In this document: positions 38,028-47,057 of the stretch, one piece after another | How the letters are laid out: each line of letters begins with the position of its first letter | Position numbering within the stretch: position 1 is the stretch's first letter | NCBI GenBank assembly: GCA_965216905.1 | Contig: OZ244213.1 | Span: forward strand, 2,380,089-2,444,088 | DNA from: Acidimicrobiia bacterium | GTDB taxonomy: Bacteria > Actinomycetota > Acidimicrobiia > Spongiisociales > ZC4RG35 | Length of the DNA: 64,000 bases | Direction of reading: 5' to 3' | Program-made: the position numbers and the translations under genes | The notes under the pieces: generated by a model | Told to the model about the DNA's origin: nothing | Seen by the model: the letters and a program-made list of their open reading frames with translations, nothing else | The model's database searches: none

Positions 38028-39581
38028 TCAGTCGGTTTGGCCTGAATCCGGGTCCACCATCAGTCCGGACACATCGACGGCCTCGAAGGCCGATCCGGGG
38101 ACGGTCCGCAGCTCCGCCAGGGTCTCGTTGTTCCAGCGCGGGTCCGGCTCGCCCGACACGAACCACGACGAGCCGTTGTCGGCCAGGACGATGCCGTAGC
38201 GTTGCATCGCCGCCAGGATGACCTGCACGTCGGGGTGGAAGGTCGAGATGTCGAAGTCGGCCTCGAGGCGGAATCGCTGGCCCATCGGCGGGCGATCCGG
38301 ATCGTTGGACTGCGAGGCGTGGTGACGGGCCGGCCATACGTGGGCGGCACGGGTGGCGGGTGCGGTGAACCGGAGGGCATGGGCGATCTCGCCGGAGGCC
38401 ACTTCGTCGTACCGGACGAGTCCGGGGTAGATCGGCAGTCCGGCGGCATCGGCACTGGTCCATCCGTCGGGTCGCAGCCCAGAAGACTTCAGGTCGAAGA
38501 CGGCACCCGAGGCGGCCACCCAGCCTCCGGCCTCGTCGGGTGATGCGTCGAAGAGCTCGTACAACGTGCAGGAACTGCGCTCGACCACGATCACGTGCCG
38601 GTCGCCGTCTCCGTCTGTGCCGCCCTCGATGGCCGCATCGCTGGGAATGGGATATGGGCCCGGATCGGATTCGTCGCCGTACGCGGTGAAGGCGACCGGA
38701 GCCAAGGGAGTGGCACCGTCGGCGACGGTGATCGGGATGCCGATCGGCGAAGACGAGCCCGGAGGCCAGAACCCTGCGCCGAAATCCGGGTGAAGGGTTG
38801 CATCGGCGCCGATGGTGGCCACGTAGGCGTCGGATCGTTCGTCGGCGGGGAGTTGGTCGATGGGAGTGTTCCAGATGTCGTCGGCTGGGAACGCCGCACA
38901 TGTTGCCGGCCGGACGCGGGGAATGAGGTACCGCGCCCTCGCCAGGAACGTTGCCATCTCTGCACGCGAGACCGGAGCATCGGGACAGAACCGATCGTTT
39001 CGCGGTGGATTGCATCCCGCCGTGATCCCGGCTGCGGCCAATGCATCGACATCTGCCTCGAAGACGGAGCCCTCGTCGTCGACGAACCGGTCCGGTCCGT
39101 CCGTCAGGCCGAGCGCCCGACGGAGGAAGGCGGCCATCTGTCCACGGGTCACGACCTGTGAAGGGCAGAACATGGTGTTGGTGGGCGGGTTGCAGCCGCG
39201 TGTGATCCCGGCGGATGCGAGGGCCCCGATGTCTCGAACGAAGACCGAGTGATGGGTGTCGGTGAACTCGACCGGCCCGGCGGCGAGGTCGAAGGCTCGA
39301 ACCAGGAACGCCGCCATCTGGCCGCGTGTGACCGCTTCCAGTGGGCAGAACCGGGTGTTCTCGGGTGGATCGCACCCTCGGGTCACGCCCACGTCGGCGA
39401 TGGCTTCGATGGCTGGAGCGTGGGGAGAGTCATCGATGTCGACGAATCGGGGGGAGTCGGAGCGTCCGACTCCGCTGCGGGCCCCCTGCGGAATCAGGGC
39501 GAGCACCAGCATCAGGAGGATCAGTGTCTGTCGGCGCAGCGGCACGCCACCAGTTTGCCGGTGAGCGGCGGACGGTTCCAT
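38028..39581 (-). CDS. secreted protein with three tandem SLH-like repeats (Cys-pair variant) and a roughly 300-aa C-terminal domain of unknown function
   Basis: ATG at 39581 (MEPSAAHRQ...) with a signal peptide; the Arg-rich upstream part of the track ORF (to 39977) was rejected. Repeats follow F.D....HA..IE.IA..G.T.GC.PP.N..FCP...V.R.QMA.FL.RA. Confidence 0.7.
   Translation of the reverse strand: MEPSAAHRQTGGVPLRRQTLILLMLVLALIPQGARSGVGRSDSPRFVDIDDSPHAPAIEAIADVGVTRGCDPPENTRFCPLEAVTRGQMAAFLVRAFDLAAGPVEFTDTHHSVFVRDIGALASAGITRGCNPPTNTMFCPSQVVTRGQMAAFLRRALGLTDGPDRFVDDEGSVFEADVDALAAAGITAGCNPPRNDRFCPDAPVSRAEMATFLARARYLIPRVRPATCAAFPADDIWNTPIDQLPADERSDAYVATIGADATLHPDFGAGFWPPGSSSPIGIPITVADGATPLAPVAFTAYGDESDPGPYPIPSDAAIEGGTDGDGDRHVIVVERSSCTLYELFDASPDEAGGWVAASGAVFDLKSSGLRPDGWTSADAAGLPIYPGLVRYDEVASGEIAHALRFTAPATRAAHVWPARHHASQSNDPDRPPMGQRFRLEADFDISTFHPDVQVILAAMQRYGIVLADNGSSWFVSGEPDPRWNNETLAELRTVPGSAFEAVDVSGLMVDPDSGQTD
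38934..39446 (-). repeat. three tandem roughly 165-bp coding repeats (SLH-like modules)
   Basis: Also visible as repeated peptides in the off-frame plus-strand ORFs 38860..39252 and 39256..39564. Confidence 0.7.
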
Positions 39582-39616
39582 GGAGCCGAGACGGGGGCGG
39601 CTACGTTGCAGCGGTG

Positions 39617-41062
39617 ATGGTGGAAGCGACCCCATACTTGGTGGAGCAGCCGGGAGCGTTGCGCCGGCGCTGGGAGCAGTGCCCGCCCGCCGGTCTTCGT
39701 CGAGCGGCAACCCCGCGCTGGCATCTCGAGCGGTGGAAACGGGTCCGCGAGCTGATCGCCGGCTGGTATTCGGTGGCTGGGACCGGCGGCCCCGGTATCG
39801 ACGGGCTGATCGACGACTTGTGCGGCGACCTCGATCCCGTCCAGCGCGACATCGTCTCCCGGCTCTTCCGCAACTGGACGGCGATGTACCCCGCCGACGA
39901 CGGCGACGTCGACCTGGATCCTCCTCCGGTGTCGGTGTTCGATCACGCTCGCCAGATCGAGCTGACGGTCCGGCCAACGGTCTCGATTCGGCGAAGCCGC
40001 GAGATCGAGCACGTCCGGCTGCGAACGGGACGAGCGGCCACCAATCCTGACGAGGCAGCCGTCCTGACCGATGGTGCGGGGCCGCACGAGGTGTTCGTCG
40101 ATGCCCTGGTGTCGATCGGAGCGGCCGAGGAGATCGTGCGACCCGCCGATGCCGACCGAAGAATCGAAGCGCTGTTCGATCTCGCGGCGGCCGACCGACG
40201 GACGGCGTTGCGTCCCGGACGCTGGTGTTTCGGGTGCGACTCCAGTGCCCGGTGCGGGAGATACCCCGTCTTGGCTCCGGAACGGGTCTACGTCTCGACG
40301 CGAGCGATCACCCTGTCGAAGACACAGCTCGGTGGCATCGGCGAATGTGAGCGCCGGGTGGCTTGGTCGTCCGTGCATCAGATCCCGGGCGGTGACCAGC
40401 CGGGGACCTCCGAGGCGGCGGCGGCCGGGATCAGGTTCCACGAGCTGGTCGCCGCCGCGTCGTTCGCCGAGGATCCACTCGAAGTGCTCGAGGCGCACTG
40501 CGCACGGGTCGAGCCGGCGGCGGCCTCCGAGCTTCGGCGCCTGTGGGCGAATCACCGGACGCTGATCGGCGATGAGCGGGTGGAGGTGCGGAAAACCGAG
40601 CTCGCCGCCGGCCTCACGCTCGTCACCGACGGTCTCCACGTCGATTGGAGGGGGACGGAACGACGGCAGCCGGTGGCCGTGACCTTGATCGGGATTCTCG
40701 ACATGACAGGGCGCGAGGCCGATGGCACCCCGGCGGTGATCGAGCACCGAACCGGCCGGTCGGGTGGAGCGGGCGCGCTCGAGCCGGAGCTGTACGCGGC
40801 TGCCTCGGTGGCGCTGGCTTCGCAGTTCGCCCCGCCACCATCCGGCGTGGCCGTCCACTTTCACCACGTCGGCCCCACCGAGCCTGCGTGTCAGCGGATG
40901 GTGTTCGACCGGGAAGACCTGGACACGGCGGAGGTGCAGCTCCGATCGGCCGCAGCCAAAGCCGCCAACTGGCATCCCGTGAATGCGTTGGGCCCGTCGT
41001 GGACGGTGGGAGATTGGTGCCGCTCGTGTCCGTTCGAGGAGCCGTGCTCAGCCAACCGTTGA
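39617..41062 (+). CDS. PD-(D/E)xK-superfamily nuclease-like protein with C-terminal Cas4/AddB-type Cys cluster
   Basis: ILDMTGREADGTPAVIEHRTGRS resembles the D...(D/E)xK core with K replaced by R. A CFGCDSSARC motif occurs mid-protein (aa 207-216) and a C-terminal ...C-x2-C-x5-C (WCRSCPFEEPC). The start is only 36 bp from the divergent SLH gene start, so it is uncertain. Confidence 0.5.
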   Translation: MVEATPYLVEQPGALRRRWEQCPPAGLRRAATPRWHLERWKRVRELIAGWYSVAGTGGPGIDGLIDDLCGDLDPVQRDIVSRLFRNWTAMYPADDGDVDLDPPPVSVFDHARQIELTVRPTVSIRRSREIEHVRLRTGRAATNPDEAAVLTDGAGPHEVFVDALVSIGAAEEIVRPADADRRIEALFDLAAADRRTALRPGRWCFGCDSSARCGRYPVLAPERVYVSTRAITLSKTQLGGIGECERRVAWSSVHQIPGGDQPGTSEAAAAGIRFHELVAAASFAEDPLEVLEAHCARVEPAAASELRRLWANHRTLIGDERVEVRKTELAAGLTLVTDGLHVDWRGTERRQPVAVTLIGILDMTGREADGTPAVIEHRTGRSGGAGALEPELYAAASVALASQFAPPPSGVAVHFHHVGPTEPACQRMVFDREDLDTAEVQLRSAAAKAANWHPVNALGPSWTVGDWCRSCPFEEPCSANR

Positions 41063-41452
41063 TCGCTGTGCGAACTCGGTGACCTTCTCGACGAGTCGTT
41101 GCGGCGGATACGGCTTGGTCAGGTAGGCGTCCGCACCTGCCTCCAAACCGCGGGCGATCTCGTCGTGGTGACCCAGGGCGCTGATCAACACCACCGCGGC
41201 ACGCGGATCGACCGCACGGACGAGTCGGGTGAGTTCCAGCCCGTCGATCGACGGCAGCATCACATCGAAGACATAGACGTCATGGCCGTCGTCGAGTTGG
41301 TCGAGCGCCCGGCGGCCGTCCCGAAGGCTGGTCACTCGGTATCCGGCCCGTACGAGGGTTATCTCACCCATCTTGCGTAGGTCGTCGTTGTCCTCCACGA
41401 GCAGCACTCGCGGGCTGAAGCCAGCTCCCAGTTCGCCCATTGATCGATTCAT
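41048..41452 (-). CDS. single-domain response regulator (CheY-like receiver)
   Basis: VLLVEDNDDL...YVFDVMLPSIDG...LTKP receiver motifs. Divergent from the histidine kinase. Confidence 0.75.
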   Translation of the reverse strand: MNRSMGELGAGFSPRVLLVEDNDDLRKMGEITLVRAGYRVTSLRDGRRALDQLDDGHDVYVFDVMLPSIDGLELTRLVRAVDPRAAVVLISALGHHDEIARGLEAGADAYLTKPYPPQRLVEKVTEFAQRSTVG

Positions 41453-41560
41453 CGGATGGTCGATGGCCGATCCTGAGCGATAATCGCGCAGCGACGAACA
41501 GCAGCGGGCCGAGTCGATCGGCCGTTCAAGATTCCCACCGCTGAGGTCGACAATGGTCTT

Positions 41561-43294
41561 ATGTCGACACGCGCTTGGCGCGGTCCATCGAGCCGCGGAA
41601 CGGCCACGGTGGTCGCCGTTGCCGGACTGGCCCTCACTTTCCTCGCCGCGTACACGGTCCACACCTCCGCCGAAGTCCGCCGACAATCGGAGTTGATCGA
41701 TCGGAGCGAGGCGGCCGAGGACGTCGTTGCCGGGGAACTGCACGACATCGTCACGTCTGCGAGGGCGGTCGCGGCAGTGGTGTCCGCCGATCCCGCCATC
41801 GGTCCGGAGGCCTATGCGAACGCCGTCGACTCCATCGTGGACCGCCGGAGCCTGGGTGTCGTCACCGGGCTCAACCTCGTCGAGTATGTGCCGGAGGGCA
41901 CTTTTGCGGAGTTCGAGGCCGACGTTCGCTCGACCGATCCGGCGTTCTCGGTTCATCCCCAGGAACCGGAAGGCAGCGCCGGGATCATCACGTACGTGCA
42001 TCCGCAAGCGGTGAATGCGGCCGCCAGCGGTTTTGACACGTTCACCAATCCTGCCGCCCGGGCAGCGCTCGAAGCCGCCCGGGTCACCGGGCTGGCGACG
42101 ATGACCGACGGTCTTCGGCTCGTCCAGGAGACGGGTGAGCAGACGGGGGTCGTGATCTATGTCCCGATCGAGCGACTGGACGATGGAGAGTTCCACGGAT
42201 GGGTGTCGACCGTGATTCGAGGACAGCAATTCCTCTCCGGCCTCGACTTCGAAGGGCTCGATCTGGCGATCCGCGTCGTCGATGAGTCGGGCGAAGGCCC
42301 ACGCATGATCGGAGCGGTGCCCGCCGCCACTCCGTTCGAAGACGCAGCCATGCAGCGCACGCTGAACCTGTACGGCCAGACGTGGACTTTGGACGTGGTC
42401 GAGACGGGTGGGCTCCTCAACCGGGCTTTCTGGACGCTCGAGACGGTCACGCTGCTGGCTGGTCTGGCAATCACTGCACTCACGACCCTGCTCGTCATCC
42501 AGATCGGGCGGCGCGAGGAGCACGCGCAGCAGATGGTGGAGAAGGCGACCGTGGAGCTGCGGGCCGCCAACGAAGAGCTCACTGCCGCGGATCGGGTCAA
42601 GGACGATTTCCTCGCCGTTGTCTCACACGAGTTCCGGACGCCGCTCACGGTCATCAGAGGATCGGCCGAGATGCTGACCGACGAGGGGGTTCCTCCCGAG
42701 ATGCAGGCCGAACTCCTCGGTCGTATCACCTCCAACGCCAACCGACTGACCGCCATGGTCGGAGACCTGCTGGTCGCCGCCCGGTTGGACGGCGGGAAGC
42801 TCCGGGCCTTTCCTCAAGTCGTTCCGCTGGCCGCCACCGTCGACATGGTCATCGAAGAACTCGGGGAACTCGCCGCCGGCGTCGAGAACCACGTCGACAC
42901 CGAAGCCGTCCTCGTCGCCGATCGCTTCCACTTCGAACGGATCGTCTCCAACCTCCTCTCCAACGCGCACAAATACGGAGAGGCACCGGTCGTCGTTTCT
43001 GGTCGTGCGGACGGCGCGGTCTTCGAGGTCTCCGTCCGTGACCACGGGGCCGGTGTGTCTCCGGACATGGAACAGCGGCTCTTCGGAGCCTTCGAGGAGG
43101 GCAGCTCGGTGTCCGGCCGTCGCCCGGTTGGCGTGGGGCTCGGCCTCAACATCGTGAAGCGCCTCGCACAGCTCAATGGCGGCGACGTCGTTTATCGCCG
43201 AGCTGCACCCGGGGCGGAGTTCGTGATCCGGCTTCCCTCCCAGCCTCCCGCAGTTCTTGCCGTCGATCAGGAGCCGGTAGCGTCTCGGGCATGA
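41561..43294 (+). CDS. sensor histidine kinase with about 250-aa extracytoplasmic sensor domain (possibly CHASE-type)
   Basis: Two TM helices, H-box AVVSHEFRTPL, and N, G1 and G2 boxes in the C-terminal HATPase domain. Confidence 0.85.
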   Translation: MSTRAWRGPSSRGTATVVAVAGLALTFLAAYTVHTSAEVRRQSELIDRSEAAEDVVAGELHDIVTSARAVAAVVSADPAIGPEAYANAVDSIVDRRSLGVVTGLNLVEYVPEGTFAEFEADVRSTDPAFSVHPQEPEGSAGIITYVHPQAVNAAASGFDTFTNPAARAALEAARVTGLATMTDGLRLVQETGEQTGVVIYVPIERLDDGEFHGWVSTVIRGQQFLSGLDFEGLDLAIRVVDESGEGPRMIGAVPAATPFEDAAMQRTLNLYGQTWTLDVVETGGLLNRAFWTLETVTLLAGLAITALTTLLVIQIGRREEHAQQMVEKATVELRAANEELTAADRVKDDFLAVVSHEFRTPLTVIRGSAEMLTDEGVPPEMQAELLGRITSNANRLTAMVGDLLVAARLDGGKLRAFPQVVPLAATVDMVIEELGELAAGVENHVDTEAVLVADRFHFERIVSNLLSNAHKYGEAPVVVSGRADGAVFEVSVRDHGAGVSPDMEQRLFGAFEEGSSVSGRRPVGVGLGLNIVKRLAQLNGGDVVYRRAAPGAEFVIRLPSQPPAVLAVDQEPVASRA

Positions 43295-44433
43295 AGCTGA
43301 TCTATGAGTCAGACGATCTTGCAGCCATCCGTGCCCAGGCGCGACGGTTCGTGGAGGAGCAGATCGTCCCCCGCGCCGAGGAATGGGAGCGTGCTGGGTC
43401 CGTCCCGCGCGAGGTACTCCGCCAAATGGGTGATCTCGGGTTCTTCGCGCTGCGCGTTCCCGAATCCCACGGTGGTCTCGGTCTGGGGGAGCTGGCGTCA
43501 CTGGTTCTGGCCGAAGAGCTCGGACGATCGACGTTCGGGGGATTCTCGGCGACCGCCCTCGTCCACACCGATCTGGCCATGCCATATCTCCTCAACTACG
43601 GCTCCGATGTACAACTCGACCGTTGGGTTCCGGACCTCCTCTCCGGCTCGATCCTGACCGCGATTGCGGTGACCGAACCGGATGCCGGGTCCGACGTCGG
43701 TTCGATTCGCACTTCGGCCCGTCGGGATGGTGAAGGGTGGATTCTCAACGGCACGAAGATGTTCATCACCAACGGTGTCTCGGCAGACCTGGTGTTCGTG
43801 GCCGCAAAGACCGATCCGGACGCCCGCTCGTCGCGGAGTATCTCGATCTTGGCGGTCGAGAAGGAGATGGACGGTTTCACCGTGAGCCGATCACTCGACA
43901 AGATGGGATGGCGCTCCTCCGACACCGCTGAGCTGGTGTTCGCCGACTGCTGGGTTCCGGACACCCATGTGATCGGCGAGGTCAATCACGGCTTCTACGC
44001 GATCATGAACAACTTCCAGAACGAGCGATTGGTCTTGGCCGGGATGGCTTTGGGTGAGATGGCCCGGGCGCTCGAGCTGACGGTGTCGCACGTCAGAGAG
44101 CGGCGGGCGTTCGGAGCTCCGTTGTGGGAGAAGCAGGCGGTTCGCCAGCGGTTGGCGACTCGAGCCGCCGAACTCGATGCCGCTCGGACGCTCACCTATC
44201 ACGCCGCATGGCTCCGCGAGAGCGGACACGACGCCGTCGCAGCCGTATCCAAGGTCAAGGCGTTCGTCGGAGAACTGACGAACCGGCTGATGTATGACTG
44301 CGTCCAGTTCCACGGTGGGATGGGATATATCTCGGAGACCGCCATCGAGCGGATGTACCGCGACGCCCGGATCCATTCGATCGGTGGAGGAGCCACCGAG
44401 GTGATGCTGGACGAGGTCGCCAAGCGAATGTGA
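43291..44433 (+). CDS. acyl-CoA dehydrogenase
   Basis: ATGA overlap with the kinase stop. ACAD N-terminal, middle and C-terminal domain motifs are present (catalytic E near the C-terminus). Confidence 0.9.
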   Translation: MKLIYESDDLAAIRAQARRFVEEQIVPRAEEWERAGSVPREVLRQMGDLGFFALRVPESHGGLGLGELASLVLAEELGRSTFGGFSATALVHTDLAMPYLLNYGSDVQLDRWVPDLLSGSILTAIAVTEPDAGSDVGSIRTSARRDGEGWILNGTKMFITNGVSADLVFVAAKTDPDARSSRSISILAVEKEMDGFTVSRSLDKMGWRSSDTAELVFADCWVPDTHVIGEVNHGFYAIMNNFQNERLVLAGMALGEMARALELTVSHVRERRAFGAPLWEKQAVRQRLATRAAELDAARTLTYHAAWLRESGHDAVAAVSKVKAFVGELTNRLMYDCVQFHGGMGYISETAIERMYRDARIHSIGGGATEVMLDEVAKRM

Positions 44434-44437
44434 GGGA

Positions 44438-44815
44438 TCAGTGGCCGGCTCGTTCCCGGGCCGCTTCCCGTTCGGCCGGTTCCAGCGGGTGATACGACAG
44501 CTCGACTGCCGACCAGATCGACTTCGACCAGGGATAGAACAGAACCGGCGTGGTGAGCGCCACGATCGACGTCACCACCAGGATTCCGGTCCAGGGAGGG
44601 GTCGGCCAGAACAGGACCCAGCCACCGACGAACACGGCCAGCATCGCCGCGAAGGTGACGGTGGTCCCGATGATCATGGCGCCCACCCAGTAACCGGACT
44701 CGCGCTCGAACGCGAACCCACACGATTCGCAGGCGTCGGCCACCATCGCCCATCGGCGGAAGAACCGACCGGCGCCGCAGCGCGGACACCGCCGGGCGAG
44801 AGCCCGGGCCACCAT
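44438..44815 (-). CDS. DUF983-family zinc-ribbon membrane protein
   Basis: CPRCGAGRFF...CESCGF followed by two TM helices. Start chosen at MVARAL; the track ORF extends to 44911. Confidence 0.55.
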   Translation of the reverse strand: MVARALARRCPRCGAGRFFRRWAMVADACESCGFAFERESGYWVGAMIIGTTVTFAAMLAVFVGGWVLFWPTPPWTGILVVTSIVALTTPVLFYPWSKSIWSAVELSYHPLEPAEREAARERAGH

Positions 44816-44915
44816 CGTGGGCAGTTTCGCGGATGGATCTCGCACGGGACGCAGGCTATCTCGGCTCCGACGTGATCGAACCGGTGAACCCGGATCGCGG
44901 AGTAGCGTCACTCGA

Positions 44916-45536
44916 GTGGACAGATATCGCCGCGACTACGAGGCCGAACCGTTCGGCATCCGCGACACCGATCCGAACCCGGTGACCCAGTTTCGAGCCT
45001 GGTTCGACCAAGCCGCGGCCGTCGTCGGAAGCGAGCCGAACGCGATGGTTCTCGCGACCGCAGGAGCCGACGGGCGACCGGCGGCCCGCGTCGTGTTGCT
45101 GAAGGACTTCGACGAGTCGGGCTTCGTGTTCTTCACCAACCGGATGAGCGCCAAGGGTCGAGAGCTCGCCACCAACCCGCAGGCGGCATTGTGCTTCTAC
45201 TGGCCGGAGACGCACCGACAGGTGCGGATCGAGGGCTCGGTCACGGAGGTCGAGGAAGCGGTCTCTGACGTCTACTTTGCGACACGGCCGCTCGAGGCTC
45301 GTATCGCGGCGGTCGCCTCTCCCCAGAGTTCCGTCATCCCGGATCGGGTGTGGCTGGAGCAGCGCATCGCCGAGGTCGCCGCCACCGGGGCGCCCGAACG
45401 CCCCCGTCACTGGGGCGGATACCGGGTCACGCCCGACCGCTTCGAGTTCTGGCAGGGGAGAGAGAGCCGGCGTCACGATCGGGTGGCCTATCGATGGGCC
45501 GGCGACGAATGGATTCGCGAGCGATTGGCGCCATGA
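44916..45536 (+). CDS. pdxH: pyridoxamine 5'-phosphate oxidase
   Basis: GTG start chosen to avoid overlap with the convergent DUF983 gene. Motifs DPNPVTQFRAWF and RIEGSVTEV, and a C-terminal GGYRV..P..FEFWQGR.SRRHDR. Confidence 0.85.
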   Translation: MDRYRRDYEAEPFGIRDTDPNPVTQFRAWFDQAAAVVGSEPNAMVLATAGADGRPAARVVLLKDFDESGFVFFTNRMSAKGRELATNPQAALCFYWPETHRQVRIEGSVTEVEEAVSDVYFATRPLEARIAAVASPQSSVIPDRVWLEQRIAEVAATGAPERPRHWGGYRVTPDRFEFWQGRESRRHDRVAYRWAGDEWIRERLAP

Positions 45537-45549
45537 GCCGTGGGGTTCG

Positions 45550-46323
45550 ATGAACCCCATAGACTCCGTCGCCATGCGATTACGTGTCCTCGGAGCGAAC
45601 GGGACCTACCCGTCACCCGGCCGGCCGGGCTCCGGCTTCGTGGTCGAGCACGGACCGGTTCGTGTCTGGCTGGACGCCGGACCGTGCACCTTCGCCGCCT
45701 TGTGGTCGGAGTTGGATCCCGACGACCTGGACGCGGTGATCGTCTCGCATCGTCATCCCGACCACTCGATCGATCTGTTGTCGGCCTACCACGCCTTTGC
45801 GTTCGGGCGGCTCACCCGTCGGCGCATCCCGGTCTTCACCACCGCAGACGCCATCGCGGCGCTCCGGAACTTCGCCGGCTCCGACGGGGACACCGACCAT
45901 CCCCTGGAGCAGGTGTTCGACTTCCGTCCAACGGTCGGCGGTGCCGTCGAGACGATTGGAGACGTGACGGTCCGCTTCGCCGAGACCACGCACAGCGTGC
46001 CGAACCTGGCATGCCGATTCGAGGCGGGCGGCAAGGTCCTCGTGTATACGGGCGACACCGGGCCGGCCGGTGATTGGACGGCGTTGGCCGACGGCGCACA
46101 CGTCCTGGTTTCGGAGGCGTCCCTCCAGGATGGCTCTCAGCCGTTCGAGTACCACCTGACGGCCCGGGAGGCCGGCCAGATCGCCCGGAGCCGCCGGGTG
46201 CAGCGGCTGGTCCTCAGTCACGTTCCACCCCACCTCGACCCGGCGGTTTCGATCGCCGAATGTGAGTCGACCTTCGATCGGCCCGTGACGCTGGCCGTCC
46301 CTGGAGCGGTCATCGACGTGTGA
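45550..46323 (+). CDS. MBL-fold metallo-hydrolase (RNase Z-like) upstream of rph
   Basis: HRHPDH motif. Conserved position ahead of rph. Alternative start at 45574. Confidence 0.7.
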   Translation: MNPIDSVAMRLRVLGANGTYPSPGRPGSGFVVEHGPVRVWLDAGPCTFAALWSELDPDDLDAVIVSHRHPDHSIDLLSAYHAFAFGRLTRRRIPVFTTADAIAALRNFAGSDGDTDHPLEQVFDFRPTVGGAVETIGDVTVRFAETTHSVPNLACRFEAGGKVLVYTGDTGPAGDWTALADGAHVLVSEASLQDGSQPFEYHLTAREAGQIARSRRVQRLVLSHVPPHLDPAVSIAECESTFDRPVTLAVPGAVIDV

Positions 46324-46352
46324 GTCGAGGACCGACCTGTCAGGATGGGTCG

Positions 46353-47057
46353 ATGCCGCGAGAACGAGCCAACGACGAGCTGAGACCGGTCCGCATGCAC
46401 CTCGGGTACACCGATGCCACGCCGGGTTCGGTGCTCATCGAGATGGGAAGAACCAGGGTGCTGTGCACTGCGTCCGTCGACGACGACGTACCCCGCTGGA
46501 TGCGCGACTCCGGGCGGGGCTGGGTGACGGCCGAGTACGGGATGTTGCCGGGTTCCTCGGAGGACCGCATCCGGCGGGATTCGTATACCCGCGGGCGGCA
46601 GCAGGAGATCTCCCGATTGATCGGTCGTGCGCTCCGGGCGGCAGTCGATCTGGAGGCGATGGGCGAAGCGATGGTCCGAGTCGATTGCGACGTCATCCAG
46701 GCCGATGGTGGGACCCGCACGGCCGCCATCACCGGTGCGTGGGTGGCGCTCTGGGACGCGGTGGTGTGGGCCGAGCGCCGGAGCCTCGTCCGTCGCAACC
46801 CGATTCGGGACCACGTGGCGGCCACGTCGGTGGGTCTGGTCGGCGGTCAGCTGCTTTTGGATCTGGAGTACGAGAGCGACGCAGCCGCCGACGTCGATCT
46901 CAACGTCGTGATGTCGGGGAGCGGCGACCTCATCGAGGTACAGGGGACGGCGGAAGGTGAGCCCTTCAGCCGGACGACGCTCAATGCCATGCTCGATCTC
47001 GCCGAGCGAGGAATTGCCGAGTTGGTCGACGCCCAACGGCGGGCGACGGCCTCGTGA
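46353..47057 (+). CDS. rph: ribonuclease PH
   Basis: ELRPV...GSVLIEMGRTRVLCTASV...GWVTAEYGMLPGS motifs. Confidence 0.9.
   Translation: MPRERANDELRPVRMHLGYTDATPGSVLIEMGRTRVLCTASVDDDVPRWMRDSGRGWVTAEYGMLPGSSEDRIRRDSYTRGRQQEISRLIGRALRAAVDLEAMGEAMVRVDCDVIQADGGTRTAAITGAWVALWDAVVWAERRSLVRRNPIRDHVAATSVGLVGGQLLLDLEYESDAAADVDLNVVMSGSGDLIEVQGTAEGEPFSRTTLNAMLDLAERGIAELVDAQRRATAS

Noticed and set aside
39582-39977. Arg-rich 132-aa N-terminal extension of the SLH-protein ORF (TTG start at 39977)
   Set aside because: Composition (poly-Arg) is non-protein-like. The internal ATG at 39581 is followed immediately by a classic signal peptide, so the real start is 39581.
28338-41062. Search for a mobile-element integrase, transposase or inverted terminal repeats flanking the ssrA-adjacent block
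   Set aside because: No ORF in the block shows recombinase or transposase motifs and no long terminal inverted repeats were noticed. The island hypothesis is kept only as an inference in the findings, not as a called mobile element.
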